NCBI GenBank assembly: GCA_046484245.1
Contig: JAWOBN010000026.1
Coordinates: 1 to 23,810, forward strand
Direction of reading: 5' to 3'
DNA from: a bacterium
GTDB lineage: Bacteria > Hydrothermota > 32-111
Length of the DNA: 23,810 bases
This document shows positions 8,966 to 17,793 of the stretch, piece by piece (position 1 is the stretch's first letter; each line of letters opens with the position of its first letter). The notes below the pieces were generated by a model. That model searched no databases. It worked only from the letters and a program-made list of their open reading frames with translations, and was not told the origin of the DNA. A program made the position numbers and the translations under genes.

Positions 8966-9381
8966 TACTCATTACCCTTCTGCTGCTCACTGCAGGATGT
9001 TTCATGAGCTATGAAACAAGATATATAACATTGACCCATGTGCCTTCAGACCTCTCGTCACAGACATACAATGAGGGCTTCAATGATATAAAGGTGACTG
9101 TTGTTGACGGGGATCCGGGCAATTATTATTTTGAGGTGCTCAGTGAACCTGACAGTGCCAATATCATTGACCTGGGGAATGAGACATTCAATTTTGTTGA
9201 CAGGGCTCCGTCTGCTTCACAGATGGATTCATCGCCCGCGCGGATATACAGGGGTCATCTCTATATTGTCAAATGCCGTGACGGTTACGCAAAGCTCAAG
9301 GTTGCCTCTATTTCCGGCAGTTATATCTATGACATTGAAATTTCCGCCTACTATGAATTCTCTGCCGATTCCGTGTTCTAA
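8947..9381 (+). CDS. Small lipoprotein of unknown function, C-terminal motif reminiscent of HmuY-like proteins
   Basis: Signal peptide II with lipobox TAGC; C-terminal GHLYIVKCRDGYAKLKV. Fills the gap between mfd and the peptidase. Confidence 0.8.
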   Translation: MNKSIAILITLLLLTAGCFMSYETRYITLTHVPSDLSSQTYNEGFNDIKVTVVDGDPGNYYFEVLSEPDSANIIDLGNETFNFVDRAPSASQMDSSPARIYRGHLYIVKCRDGYAKLKVASISGSYIYDIEISAYYEFSADSVF

Positions 9382-9403
9382 ACCCATATAAAAAGGAGAA
9401 GAG

Positions 9404-12172
9404 ATGAAACGATCCGCACTCATTATAATAATGACAGGTCTTGCTGTATTGATATGGGGTGACTACCTCAATATAGTAAAACCGGAGAAGGATACTGAAA
9501 TATATCATACTGTAGGGGATATTGCATTGTCCAGAACAGAAGCACCTGCAGGCAATTCCCTGAAGAGTGTTCTGATGGACAATGATGATTTCTATCTCAT
9601 TGAGCATATTCCGGCAGTTCACTCCATACCATCAGACGCTGTTGTGTACAGTGATTTTGAGAATGATTTCATGATAATAAGGGACACAGGCGGTATTGAT
9701 TTCAATTACAGGCAGTCGGAGATTACCCGTCTGTTCATGGATGAACCTGCTGTAAAGGGTACTGCTCCTGCCGGGACTATGGGCGCAAAGACAGATTATC
9801 AGCTCCTTGACTCCATTGCATCATTTGTATCAGAGGATTCACTGTACAGTACAGTTGCTGTTCTAAGCGGCGAGTACCCCTATCCGTCCGGATATTACAA
9901 TGTATCACGGTTTGTTGACCAGCCGGGATGTGATACTGCGACCAATTACCTTGCTGCCAAATTCACGCATTACGGCTATGATTCTGTTTATACATTCCCC
10001 TTCACAGGCACATTCTCCTCATGGCTCGGAGGCGGTACGTTCAATACACAGAATGTTGTGGCATTCAAGGAGGGTTACGGAACCTCTGATGAGTGTATTG
10101 TCATAGGCGCGCATTTTGACGCAATTTCCTATCCTGCTGATGATCACACAACCATAGCCCCGGGTGCTGATGACAATGCTTCAGGCACAGCCGGTGTGCT
10201 TGAGATAGCAAGGACATTATACAGCATTGACACTGAGCGTGATATTTACTTTGTCTGTTTCTCCGGTGAAGAGGAGGGGCTGTACGGTTCATACTATTTT
10301 GTTTATGATTATATTGTTCCTGAAAGCATTTCAGTTTACAGTATGATAAATCTTGATATGATAGGATACACATCAAGCGGATACGGTGTGAATCTTCACG
10401 GCAAGACACTTTCCAGTCCCCTGATCAATCTTCATAAGGATATTTCGGACAATATCACCGGACTGACAAGTTATATTGCAGGGTCCAGTTCAGGCAGTGA
10501 CCATTATTATTTTGAGCAGGCGGGGATAAGAAGTGTGTTCGCTATTGAAAATGAGTTCTCACCTGTTTATCATTCATACCAGGATTCCATTGCCTATATG
10601 AACCCCGCATTCATGACAGATGTGGTAAAGGCATCAACAGGCACTGCCTATTCCGTGGCATTCATGCCTGTATCGCCATTTACTGTCAATGCCTCAGACA
10701 ATGGCGATTCATCTGTTGCAGTCACATGGACGCTTTCTTCATCAAATGACATATCCGGATACAGGGTCTATTACAATGATTCATATATTGACGCACCCGA
10801 CACAAATCAATATACACTGGAGTCCCTCACACCCGGTACACTTTACAATATCCATGTCACTGCACTGGACACACAGGGCTTTGAGGGTTTTGCTGAAGCA
10901 TACGATACTGTGACTCCGTCTGATATACCCCATAGTGTTTCCATCCGGGAGTTCTCAGCTGACTCACAGAGCATCAGCATAGTATATTCATCATCCCTCT
11001 CAGGGGACATAGACCATTACAATATTTACAGGAAAGAGGGTGCATCAGCATTTGAACTCCTGGATTCTGTCAGTGACACCTTTTACACGGACAATACACC
11101 TGCAGAGCAGTATGTGTATAATTACTATGTCACTGCTGTTGACACTGATTCCTATGAGAGCAATCCCTCGGATACTGCAAGGGCGCGCATTGTATCACTC
11201 AATGAATATATGATTGTCATTGATGAGACAAAGAACAATTCAACATTGCTTACAGACAGTCATGTTGATGCATTCTATGACAGTGTATTTGAGGGTTACA
11301 CGCATTATCTGTGGGACGCTGATTCTGCTTCCGGTGTCAATATCAGCCATTTCGGCAATTATGCAATCCTTGTTTATATTGATGATGACCTTACTGAGAG
11401 CAAGCTCTATATGCCCCATATTGAGGACTATATAGAGAATGGGGGCAAGGCAATACTGATGGGCTGGGATATCGGCAGTGTAATACTTGACAATCCTTCC
11501 GTATTCCCTGCATCATCCGGCAGCAGCTCCATTGCAAGCGATTTCTTTAATATTGATACATATAACAGGAATCAGGGCTTTGACATGGATTACCTCAATT
11601 ACAGCTTCAATGCAGAAAATGATTCCTTCTATTTCTCACCGGATAAACTGCCGAGGGGCTCAGGCGGCAATCTCTCATATTCCGGTGTATTCGGTCTTAT
11701 TGATTCCAATGTGTCCGACATGGCTTCTTATCATTCTGTTTCAGATGACAGTGCCTTTGCCGGCAAACCGGTCATATACAGGAATAATGACAATAATATG
11801 ATAGTTGCCAATATACCTCTATTCCCCCTTATTGAATCAGACGGAAAGTCACTGATGGACAATCTGCTCTCGCAACTGGGTTGTTATTCGGGACTGACCG
11901 GCAGGGATACGGGTGTTTCAAGATCCGTTGAACTGTTAAGCAGGGTATCATCAGGCATTATTGAAATGAATATTGAGGGATTTGGCGGCAGCAGTATTGA
12001 CATTGCTCTCTATTCAGCTGACGGCAGACTCGCATCCCGTATATTGAGCAGTGTTCCCGGCAAGAACAGCATTTCTGTGAGCCGCAGAGTCAATGTGCCG
12101 TCAGGCATATATTTCATAAAGATAAATTCAGGGGATTACTCCAGTACAGAGAAGATATATATGATACAATAA
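9404..12172 (+). CDS. Secreted M28-family zinc aminopeptidase with two fibronectin-III-like domains, an unassigned alpha/beta domain and a T9SS type-A-like C-terminal sorting domain
   Basis: Signal peptide. M28 motifs GAHFD, PGADDNASG, FSGEEEGLYGS, INLDMIG, SDH, YHS. FN3 patterns VTW...GYRVY...LTPGTLY...VTA and YNIYR...YYVTAVD..YES. CTD ...LYSADGRL...VPSGIYFIKI...TEKIYMIQ. SD AGGAG 5 nt upstream. Confidence 0.92.
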   Translation: MKRSALIIIMTGLAVLIWGDYLNIVKPEKDTEIYHTVGDIALSRTEAPAGNSLKSVLMDNDDFYLIEHIPAVHSIPSDAVVYSDFENDFMIIRDTGGIDFNYRQSEITRLFMDEPAVKGTAPAGTMGAKTDYQLLDSIASFVSEDSLYSTVAVLSGEYPYPSGYYNVSRFVDQPGCDTATNYLAAKFTHYGYDSVYTFPFTGTFSSWLGGGTFNTQNVVAFKEGYGTSDECIVIGAHFDAISYPADDHTTIAPGADDNASGTAGVLEIARTLYSIDTERDIYFVCFSGEEEGLYGSYYFVYDYIVPESISVYSMINLDMIGYTSSGYGVNLHGKTLSSPLINLHKDISDNITGLTSYIAGSSSGSDHYYFEQAGIRSVFAIENEFSPVYHSYQDSIAYMNPAFMTDVVKASTGTAYSVAFMPVSPFTVNASDNGDSSVAVTWTLSSSNDISGYRVYYNDSYIDAPDTNQYTLESLTPGTLYNIHVTALDTQGFEGFAEAYDTVTPSDIPHSVSIREFSADSQSISIVYSSSLSGDIDHYNIYRKEGASAFELLDSVSDTFYTDNTPAEQYVYNYYVTAVDTDSYESNPSDTARARIVSLNEYMIVIDETKNNSTLLTDSHVDAFYDSVFEGYTHYLWDADSASGVNISHFGNYAILVYIDDDLTESKLYMPHIEDYIENGGKAILMGWDIGSVILDNPSVFPASSGSSSIASDFFNIDTYNRNQGFDMDYLNYSFNAENDSFYFSPDKLPRGSGGNLSYSGVFGLIDSNVSDMASYHSVSDDSAFAGKPVIYRNNDNNMIVANIPLFPLIESDGKSLMDNLLSQLGCYSGLTGRDTGVSRSVELLSRVSSGIIEMNIEGFGGSSIDIALYSADGRLASRILSSVPGKNSISVSRRVNVPSGIYFIKINSGDYSSTEKIYMIQ

Positions 12173-12198
12173 AAAAAGGGGGCATAAGCCCCCTTTTT
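12173..12198. terminator. Bidirectional intrinsic terminator
   Basis: AAAAAGGGGGC-ataa-GCCCCCTTTTT between convergent genes, with U-tracts on both strands. Confidence 0.92.
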
Positions 12199-12220
12199 AT
12201 AATCATGCCTGCTTTTTCAA

Positions 12221-13462
12221 TCAGTAAATCGTGTATTCATAGTTATCAGAGGAAGTGTAGCCCTTTCTTGTGGGATCATACTCCTCTCCGCCTATCATGT
12301 TTCCATTACTGTCAAGCATCCATCCTTCATCATCAGTAATTGCCTTGTAGATAATGATCTTCAGGCTGCTGTGACTGGGCAGATTGATTGTGGAGAACTG
12401 GAATCCTTCACCGTCTTCTGTCAGGACAATTTCGCCTTCCAGATTGTACCAGCCATTTGAATAATACATCACCTTGATGTTCTCACTGGTTACTGTTGCC
12501 GGATCCAGATCATCATCAAAATCAACTTCAATGTAATTGCCGGAGAAATTGACGGAATTGACATGAAGCGGTGTATCATCATCAGTAGGATCCTCTGCTT
12601 CTGTCATGAACTTGAATTCAAAGTCAGCAGGTGTGTCTGTTGTGTATTCCTCATTCCAGGGAACCATCACATTGCCGGCTGCATCTGTGATATCAGCACA
12701 TGTGAGTGTCACTGTAAAGACCTCTTCATACTTTACTGTGTCCAGGAAGAATACGTATGTTGATGAGTCAGCGCTCATTCCTATGAGGTCAAAACCGCTT
12801 ACTGCATCTCCGTCAGATTCAGTGAGTTCAATATTATTCACTACACTGGCTGAATCCATTGCCTCGTCAAAAACAACCCATACCCCGCTGTCATTGGGCC
12901 ACTGACCCTGGACAGGACCGAAATCTGTGAGTTCGGGGTGAGTATAGTCCTTGAATTCACTATTGCCTGTTCCTGTGTAGAAATAGAGGAGTATGTCATC
13001 ATACGGTGAACCGTCCTTCACATCATTGCCGTTTCCGTCAAGATAATCACCATTGATACTGGTCAGGTCGTCTGCACTGAGTCTTACAACATATGCAGCG
13101 TCATCACCGAATGTTCCGGATATTTTGATGCGCTTGAAATCCCTCTCATACTCAATAGTGCCTTCAAAATCAGCCAGATTGCCGTTTTCAATGACATCCA
13201 CAGCACTGCTTATATTGTCACTGCTCAAGACCTTGTCAAGTGTGATGTATATGACATCCTGTACATGGTTTTCATCCGCGTCATTGTCATTAAGCTGTGT
13301 GTATGTGCCGCTCCACGGCTCTACATCTGTTACATACATAATATTGGTTCCGGCTGTATTACCGCCTATTGAATCATCAATAGCAGGTGTTTCCGCAGGT
13401 TGGAATGTGCAGCCGGCAATCAATATTACCAGTAATGATATTATTGCTATAAATCTTTTCAT
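12221..13462 (-). CDS. Acidic lipoprotein with three bacterial Ig-like (Big_5-like) repeats
   Basis: AAGGAGG SD before ATG 13462; MKRFIAIISLLVILIAGC lipobox. Repeats I.(L/F)D..(L/M)...(S/T)V ... (L/I)T(S/D)..G..(L/M): DLTSINGDYLDGNGN, DITDAAGNVM, AITDDEGWMLDSNGN. Confidence 0.82.
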   Translation of the reverse strand: MKRFIAIISLLVILIAGCTFQPAETPAIDDSIGGNTAGTNIMYVTDVEPWSGTYTQLNDNDADENHVQDVIYITLDKVLSSDNISSAVDVIENGNLADFEGTIEYERDFKRIKISGTFGDDAAYVVRLSADDLTSINGDYLDGNGNDVKDGSPYDDILLYFYTGTGNSEFKDYTHPELTDFGPVQGQWPNDSGVWVVFDEAMDSASVVNNIELTESDGDAVSGFDLIGMSADSSTYVFFLDTVKYEEVFTVTLTCADITDAAGNVMVPWNEEYTTDTPADFEFKFMTEAEDPTDDDTPLHVNSVNFSGNYIEVDFDDDLDPATVTSENIKVMYYSNGWYNLEGEIVLTEDGEGFQFSTINLPSHSSLKIIIYKAITDDEGWMLDSNGNMIGGEEYDPTRKGYTSSDNYEYTIY

Positions 13463-13472
13463 TATTGCCTCC

Positions 13473-15101
13473 TTAGAATTTTGCATTTGCAGAAATTTTC
13501 CAGCCGGTCATATCAGTCAGATTGGCAAAACCCATCAGATCAATACTGAAATTGTCTGATATCTTCCATCCGAGTCCATATGTGTAGTCCGTTTCCTTTG
13601 TGAATTCATGGGTTTCAGTTTCGCCGTCAATCCTGGTTCCCGGGTCATCTATGATTGTCTCTGAGATATATCCTGTTGCATCTTCATACACCCGTGTCTC
13701 GGGAGTCCATGATGTATATTTGGTGCTGGCAAATGAATTGTCCCAGCTGAATGTTGTTGCTGCGCCGAGGCGGAATACCAATGAATTATTGGCATTGAAT
13801 TCCACACCAACAGGGAATCTGAGTGAATGATTCACTGAATTCCAGTCATATCTTCTTGTATATGACTCTGTTCCGGTTATATCATAGTCACCTGCATCAG
13901 CCACACCATCACCATCATTGTAATGTACCTCGTATTCTCTGTCAAAGTAGTCAATAAACAGTGTGTCTCTGCTCTGCATTGAGAAACCGACTCCGAATCC
14001 GAAGAGGGCTTTGTCAAGCTTTCTCACATACTTCATGCCTGTTGAGAGTGTATTGATGCTTCCCTCTAAGAGTGAAAGTGAGTCACTGTCCTGATTTGTT
14101 ATTGTTTCCGTGATTTCTAATGTATCATTCTCAATTGCTGTGGGGGTTGTTTCAAAGAAGTTATAGCTATAGTCGCGGTTTACGAATTCAGGTCTGCCCA
14201 GTGTTGAGTTATTGTAGGCAATATTGAATTCACCCAGGTATTCTTCAGAGTCCATCTTGACCACTGTGCCCAGACCCCAGTTCTGTGCATTGAACTGATA
14301 GTCATATTCATCAGTCTCCTGATAATAATTGTAATTGGTTGCAGTTCCGCCGGGTGCCCTGTCTTCATAAACTGAGTCCTCATAAAGCATCTGTTGTTTA
14401 TAGAGGGAGGGACCATAGTGTACATTAAAGCCGATGTCCATCATATCCATGGGCATATAGATGGAGAGTTCAAAATCCTGCACAGTATTTGCAAATATTC
14501 CATTGAAATCATCCACTATATATGATGAACTGAGAAGATCGCCTGTTACAAGGTCATCTGATGATGATACAATAAGCTCTTCCTGTGTATTGTGATTGGA
14601 AGAATTGTTCCTTGTATAAGCAAAACCGAATCTCATTTCATCGCGGGCTCCGTATGCAAAACCGTAGTATGTCCGGTCAATATGCATTGCATTGTTATCA
14701 TGCTCAAAGATACTGTCTTTTTCATGATAGTCATACTCTGTATTGCCTGACCTGTCTTCAAAGTAATTTTCTACTGTTACTTCATCCTCTGCAAGAGATC
14801 TATTCGTTGAGCGGTGAAGTATGCCTGTATGTATGCCCATGTAGTCAAACTTAGTGCCTGCAAGATAGTTGTATTGAGTACTGGTGCTGAACACATTTTC
14901 TGATGCATTGGCGAAATTGGACAGATTGGTGTAAACATTAAATCCGTCAACATATGCCAATTCACCCGGTACGAGAATGTACTCTATGTCACCATCAAGT
15001 ATTCCTGCTGTTGACATTGATCTGAATGACGCAAACTGCGCATTCATAAGCACTGCAAAAATAAGTACAGTGATTAAGATAAGAATTTTTTTAGGATTCA
15101 T
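13473..15101 (-). CDS. Outer-membrane beta-barrel protein of unknown function, possibly FadL/OmpP1/PorV-like
   Basis: AGGAGG SD before ATG 15101; signal peptide ending MNA|Q. Many amphipathic strands (FGFAY, IGFNVHY, FGFGVGFS, PVGVEF, FRLGA, YTYGLGW) and a terminal Phe (WKISANAKF). Confidence 0.8.
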   Translation of the reverse strand: MNPKKILILITVLIFAVLMNAQFASFRSMSTAGILDGDIEYILVPGELAYVDGFNVYTNLSNFANASENVFSTSTQYNYLAGTKFDYMGIHTGILHRSTNRSLAEDEVTVENYFEDRSGNTEYDYHEKDSIFEHDNNAMHIDRTYYGFAYGARDEMRFGFAYTRNNSSNHNTQEELIVSSSDDLVTGDLLSSSYIVDDFNGIFANTVQDFELSIYMPMDMMDIGFNVHYGPSLYKQQMLYEDSVYEDRAPGGTATNYNYYQETDEYDYQFNAQNWGLGTVVKMDSEEYLGEFNIAYNNSTLGRPEFVNRDYSYNFFETTPTAIENDTLEITETITNQDSDSLSLLEGSINTLSTGMKYVRKLDKALFGFGVGFSMQSRDTLFIDYFDREYEVHYNDGDGVADAGDYDITGTESYTRRYDWNSVNHSLRFPVGVEFNANNSLVFRLGAATTFSWDNSFASTKYTSWTPETRVYEDATGYISETIIDDPGTRIDGETETHEFTKETDYTYGLGWKISDNFSIDLMGFANLTDMTGWKISANAKF

Positions 15102-15168
15102 TTCTCCTCCTTTGATTAATTTTTTCGTTATTTTCTCAGAAAACACATCTCTTTAGTTTTACACCTCC

Positions 15169-15272
15169 TGATATATTTAATCACTATTATAATACATTTA
15201 TATGCATTATGTCAAGTGAATTGATATATTTATCACGACATTATGACAATATGCATTACAGCAATAGGTTAA
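15169..15272. repeat. Degenerate ~50-bp tandem duplication carrying two palindromic TGATATATTT(A)ATCAC boxes
   Basis: TGATATATTTAATCAC at 15169-15184 and TGATATATTTATCAC at 15222-15236; ATATGCATTA at 15200-15209 and 15249-15258. Confidence 0.6.
15186..15215 (-). promoter_or_regulatory. Consensus sigma70 promoter of the beta-barrel/lipoprotein operon
   Basis: Minus strand TTGACA(15215-15210)-N18-TATAAT(15191-15186), both hexamers perfect. Confidence 0.75.
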
Positions 15273-15836
15273 TCACCGGGGTCTGCACAGTCTGATATTC
15301 TTCTTATTAGCCATATCAAATCCTGCATGCAGGGCTTTGATATTGATATCCAGAAAACCCTTGGGCACTCTTTTGGTAACAGCCTTCTCGGCGCTTTCCC
15401 TGGAAAAATAACCGCCCAGTTCAGTAATAAGGCCCACTCCCACTATATTAGTTGCAATCTCACTGCCTGCTATCTCCTTTGCTGTCCTGGAAATCGGAAA
15501 GGTCAGATAACGAGAGTTGAGCTTATCATAATTCTTAACATAGAAATCATCCAATATGATAATGCCCTCCTCCTTCAATTCCGTATGATACCTGTCATAG
15601 GCCTCCTGTGAAAGGCAGAGGAGTATGTCAGCTGAACTGACCTCAAGGGTGTATATATTGCCGTCATCAATAATAACATCCGCTTTGGACAATTCACCGC
15701 GTGCAGCAGCACCGTATATCTGTGTCTGGACCACATTGAAACCCTCGTAGAGACCTGCTGCCTCAGACACTATCTTGGATGCGAGGATGAGCCCCTGTCC
15801 GCCCGAACCTGCAAATCTTATTTCCGCTCTAATCAT
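15273..15836 (-). CDS. korC: 2-oxoacid:ferredoxin oxidoreductase gamma subunit
   Basis: EIRFAGSGGQG, YGAAARG, N-x-x-G-x-G and DINIKAL..G motifs; operon context. Substrate specificity is not proven. Confidence 0.9.
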   Translation of the reverse strand: MIRAEIRFAGSGGQGLILASKIVSEAAGLYEGFNVVQTQIYGAAARGELSKADVIIDDGNIYTLEVSSADILLCLSQEAYDRYHTELKEEGIIILDDFYVKNYDKLNSRYLTFPISRTAKEIAGSEIATNIVGVGLITELGGYFSRESAEKAVTKRVPKGFLDINIKALHAGFDMANKKNIRLCRPR

Positions 15837-15839
15837 AAT

Positions 15840-16661
15840 TTACCCCTTTTTTGCCCTTTTAATGACCTTCTCTATATAGGTTTCCACATACTCTTCCTTT
15901 TCTTCCTGATGAAGAATACCTGAAGGCAGTTTGCCCTTTCTTTCCTTCTCACTCATCTTGTCATACTTCTTCTTTGACACAACCCTCTCTGCAATATAAT
16001 CAAGATTCTTCCACGGCTCTTTCATCTTATTCCTTCTGCCGAGCTGCGTGGGGCATGTTGTCATTACATCAACAACAGAGAATCCCTTGTGAGCAAGTGC
16101 CTTCTCTATGACCTTGTCCAGTGTATTGACATGATAAGCATCACTGCGTGCTACAAATGATGCGCCTGCTCCTATTGCCAGTTTTGCAATGTCAAAGTTA
16201 TGGTCAATATTGCCGTACTGCGTGGTGCTCGCCTTGAATTCATACGGCGTTGTCGGTGAGAATTGCCCGCCTGTCATGCCGTATATATTATTATTGAAAA
16301 TAATGGCTGTTATGTCAATATTGCGTCTGCATGCATGTATGAAATGATTGCCGCCTATTGCAACAGCATCACCGTCACCCATCACATTGATGACATTGAG
16401 ACTGGGATTTGCCATTTTTATGCCTGTGGAGAATGCAAGAGACCGGCCGTGTGTTGTGTGCAGTGTATTGAAATCCAGATAACCCGGTGTTCTGCCCGAG
16501 CAGCCGATACCTGATACAAATGCTATCTGATTCTTGTCCATTTTGAGCTTTTCAATACCCCTTATTATTGATGCAGTGATTATTCCGTGTCCGCATCCCG
16601 CACACCAGATATGGGGTAGCTTGTCTGTTCTGATATAATTGAAGATATTCTCATTATACAT
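15840..16661 (-). CDS. korB: 2-oxoacid:ferredoxin oxidoreductase beta subunit (TPP-binding)
   Basis: WCAGCGHG, SGIGCSGR, HTTHGR, GDGD...NNNIYGMTGGQ, CPT. Confidence 0.93.
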   Translation of the reverse strand: MYNENIFNYIRTDKLPHIWCAGCGHGIITASIIRGIEKLKMDKNQIAFVSGIGCSGRTPGYLDFNTLHTTHGRSLAFSTGIKMANPSLNVINVMGDGDAVAIGGNHFIHACRRNIDITAIIFNNNIYGMTGGQFSPTTPYEFKASTTQYGNIDHNFDIAKLAIGAGASFVARSDAYHVNTLDKVIEKALAHKGFSVVDVMTTCPTQLGRRNKMKEPWKNLDYIAERVVSKKKYDKMSEKERKGKLPSGILHQEEKEEYVETYIEKVIKRAKKG

Positions 16662-17793
16662 GCATGACCTCCTTGATCTTTGAGAGAATTGCAGACGGTG
16701 ATATCAGTTCACCATTTGCCAGGAAAAGCGAATGCACATGGTGCTCCTTGTCCTGCACAGCATTCCTCACACCGTGAATATACTGCCCCATGTTCATTTC
16801 AGGCACAATGAAGTGTTTGGTCTTCTTCTTGTATTTCCTCAATTTACGGAAATTGAATGGCCACAGTGTTATTGGTTTATAGAGACCTGCTTTAATGCCA
16901 ATTTTTCTTGCATCCTTTATTGCGCGCATTGCACTCCTTGCAACAGAACCATAGGCAAGCACTATTATATCCGCATCATCTGTCATTCTCTCTTCAAAGA
17001 ATGAGAAGTATTTCTGATTCTTTGTTATTTTCTGAATGAGGCGCGTCTGGAGCTCCTGAACCGTCTTTGCATTCATTGACGGGAAACCTGTTTCATCATG
17101 TGTCAGTCCGGTGATATGATATCTGTAGCCCTGGCCGTACGGTGCAAGAGGCGGCACCATACTGTATGACCTGTCATAGGGTTTGTATTTCTCCGACCTG
17201 ACAGAGGGCTTTATCCTCTCGCGTGTCTTGTAATGCGAATTGGCAAAAAGCTCAACCTTTTCAGACATATGGGCAATCACCTCATCCACAAGAAGAATGA
17301 CCGGTATCCTGTATCTCTCAGCAAGATTGAATGCCTGTATTGTATAATCAAATGATTCCTTCACTGAAGTGGGGGACATGACAATAATTTCATGATCGCC
17401 GTGTGTGCCCCATTTTGCCTGCATTACATCACCCTGGGATGGATATGTGGGCATGCCTGTTGAGGGTCCTCCTCTCATCACATCAACCACGACAAGCGGA
17501 ATCTCAGCCATTATGGCAAAACCCAGATTCTCCTGTTTCAGGGAAAACCCCGGTCCGCTTGTTGCTGTCATTGCCTTGACCCCTGTAAGGGATGCGCCTA
17601 TTGCAGATGCAATGCCTGCAATCTCATCCTCCATCTGAATGAATTTGCCCCCCACTGAAGGGAGAATCCGGGACATCTCTTCAGCTATCTCTGAAGACGG
17701 CGTGATGGGATAGCCCCCGAAGAATCTGCATCCTGCGGTAATTGCCCCGCGTGCTATTGCCTCATTACCTGTGAGTAGCTCAAGTTTACTCAT
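16654..17793 (-). CDS. korA: 2-oxoacid:ferredoxin oxidoreductase alpha subunit
   Basis: GNEAIARGA, YPITPSSEI, QMEDEIA, TATSGPG, MRGGPSTGMPT, PEMNMGQ. Confidence 0.93.
   Translation of the reverse strand: MSKLELLTGNEAIARGAITAGCRFFGGYPITPSSEIAEEMSRILPSVGGKFIQMEDEIAGIASAIGASLTGVKAMTATSGPGFSLKQENLGFAIMAEIPLVVVDVMRGGPSTGMPTYPSQGDVMQAKWGTHGDHEIIVMSPTSVKESFDYTIQAFNLAERYRIPVILLVDEVIAHMSEKVELFANSHYKTRERIKPSVRSEKYKPYDRSYSMVPPLAPYGQGYRYHITGLTHDETGFPSMNAKTVQELQTRLIQKITKNQKYFSFFEERMTDDADIIVLAYGSVARSAMRAIKDARKIGIKAGLYKPITLWPFNFRKLRKYKKKTKHFIVPEMNMGQYIHGVRNAVQDKEHHVHSLFLANGELISPSAILSKIKEVMHV

Noticed and set aside
13463..13486. Track start at 13486 for the Ig lipoprotein
   Set aside because: ATG 13462 has AAGGAGG upstream and gives a clean lipoprotein signal peptide.
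15102..15146. Track start GTG 15146 for the beta-barrel
   Set aside because: ATG 15101 has an adjacent AGGAGG and a canonical signal peptide; the extension simply translates the leader and SD.
15169..15272. Repeat region as a CRISPR remnant or riboswitch
   Set aside because: Only two degenerate AT-rich units, no spacer structure, no cas genes and no recognisable aptamer.
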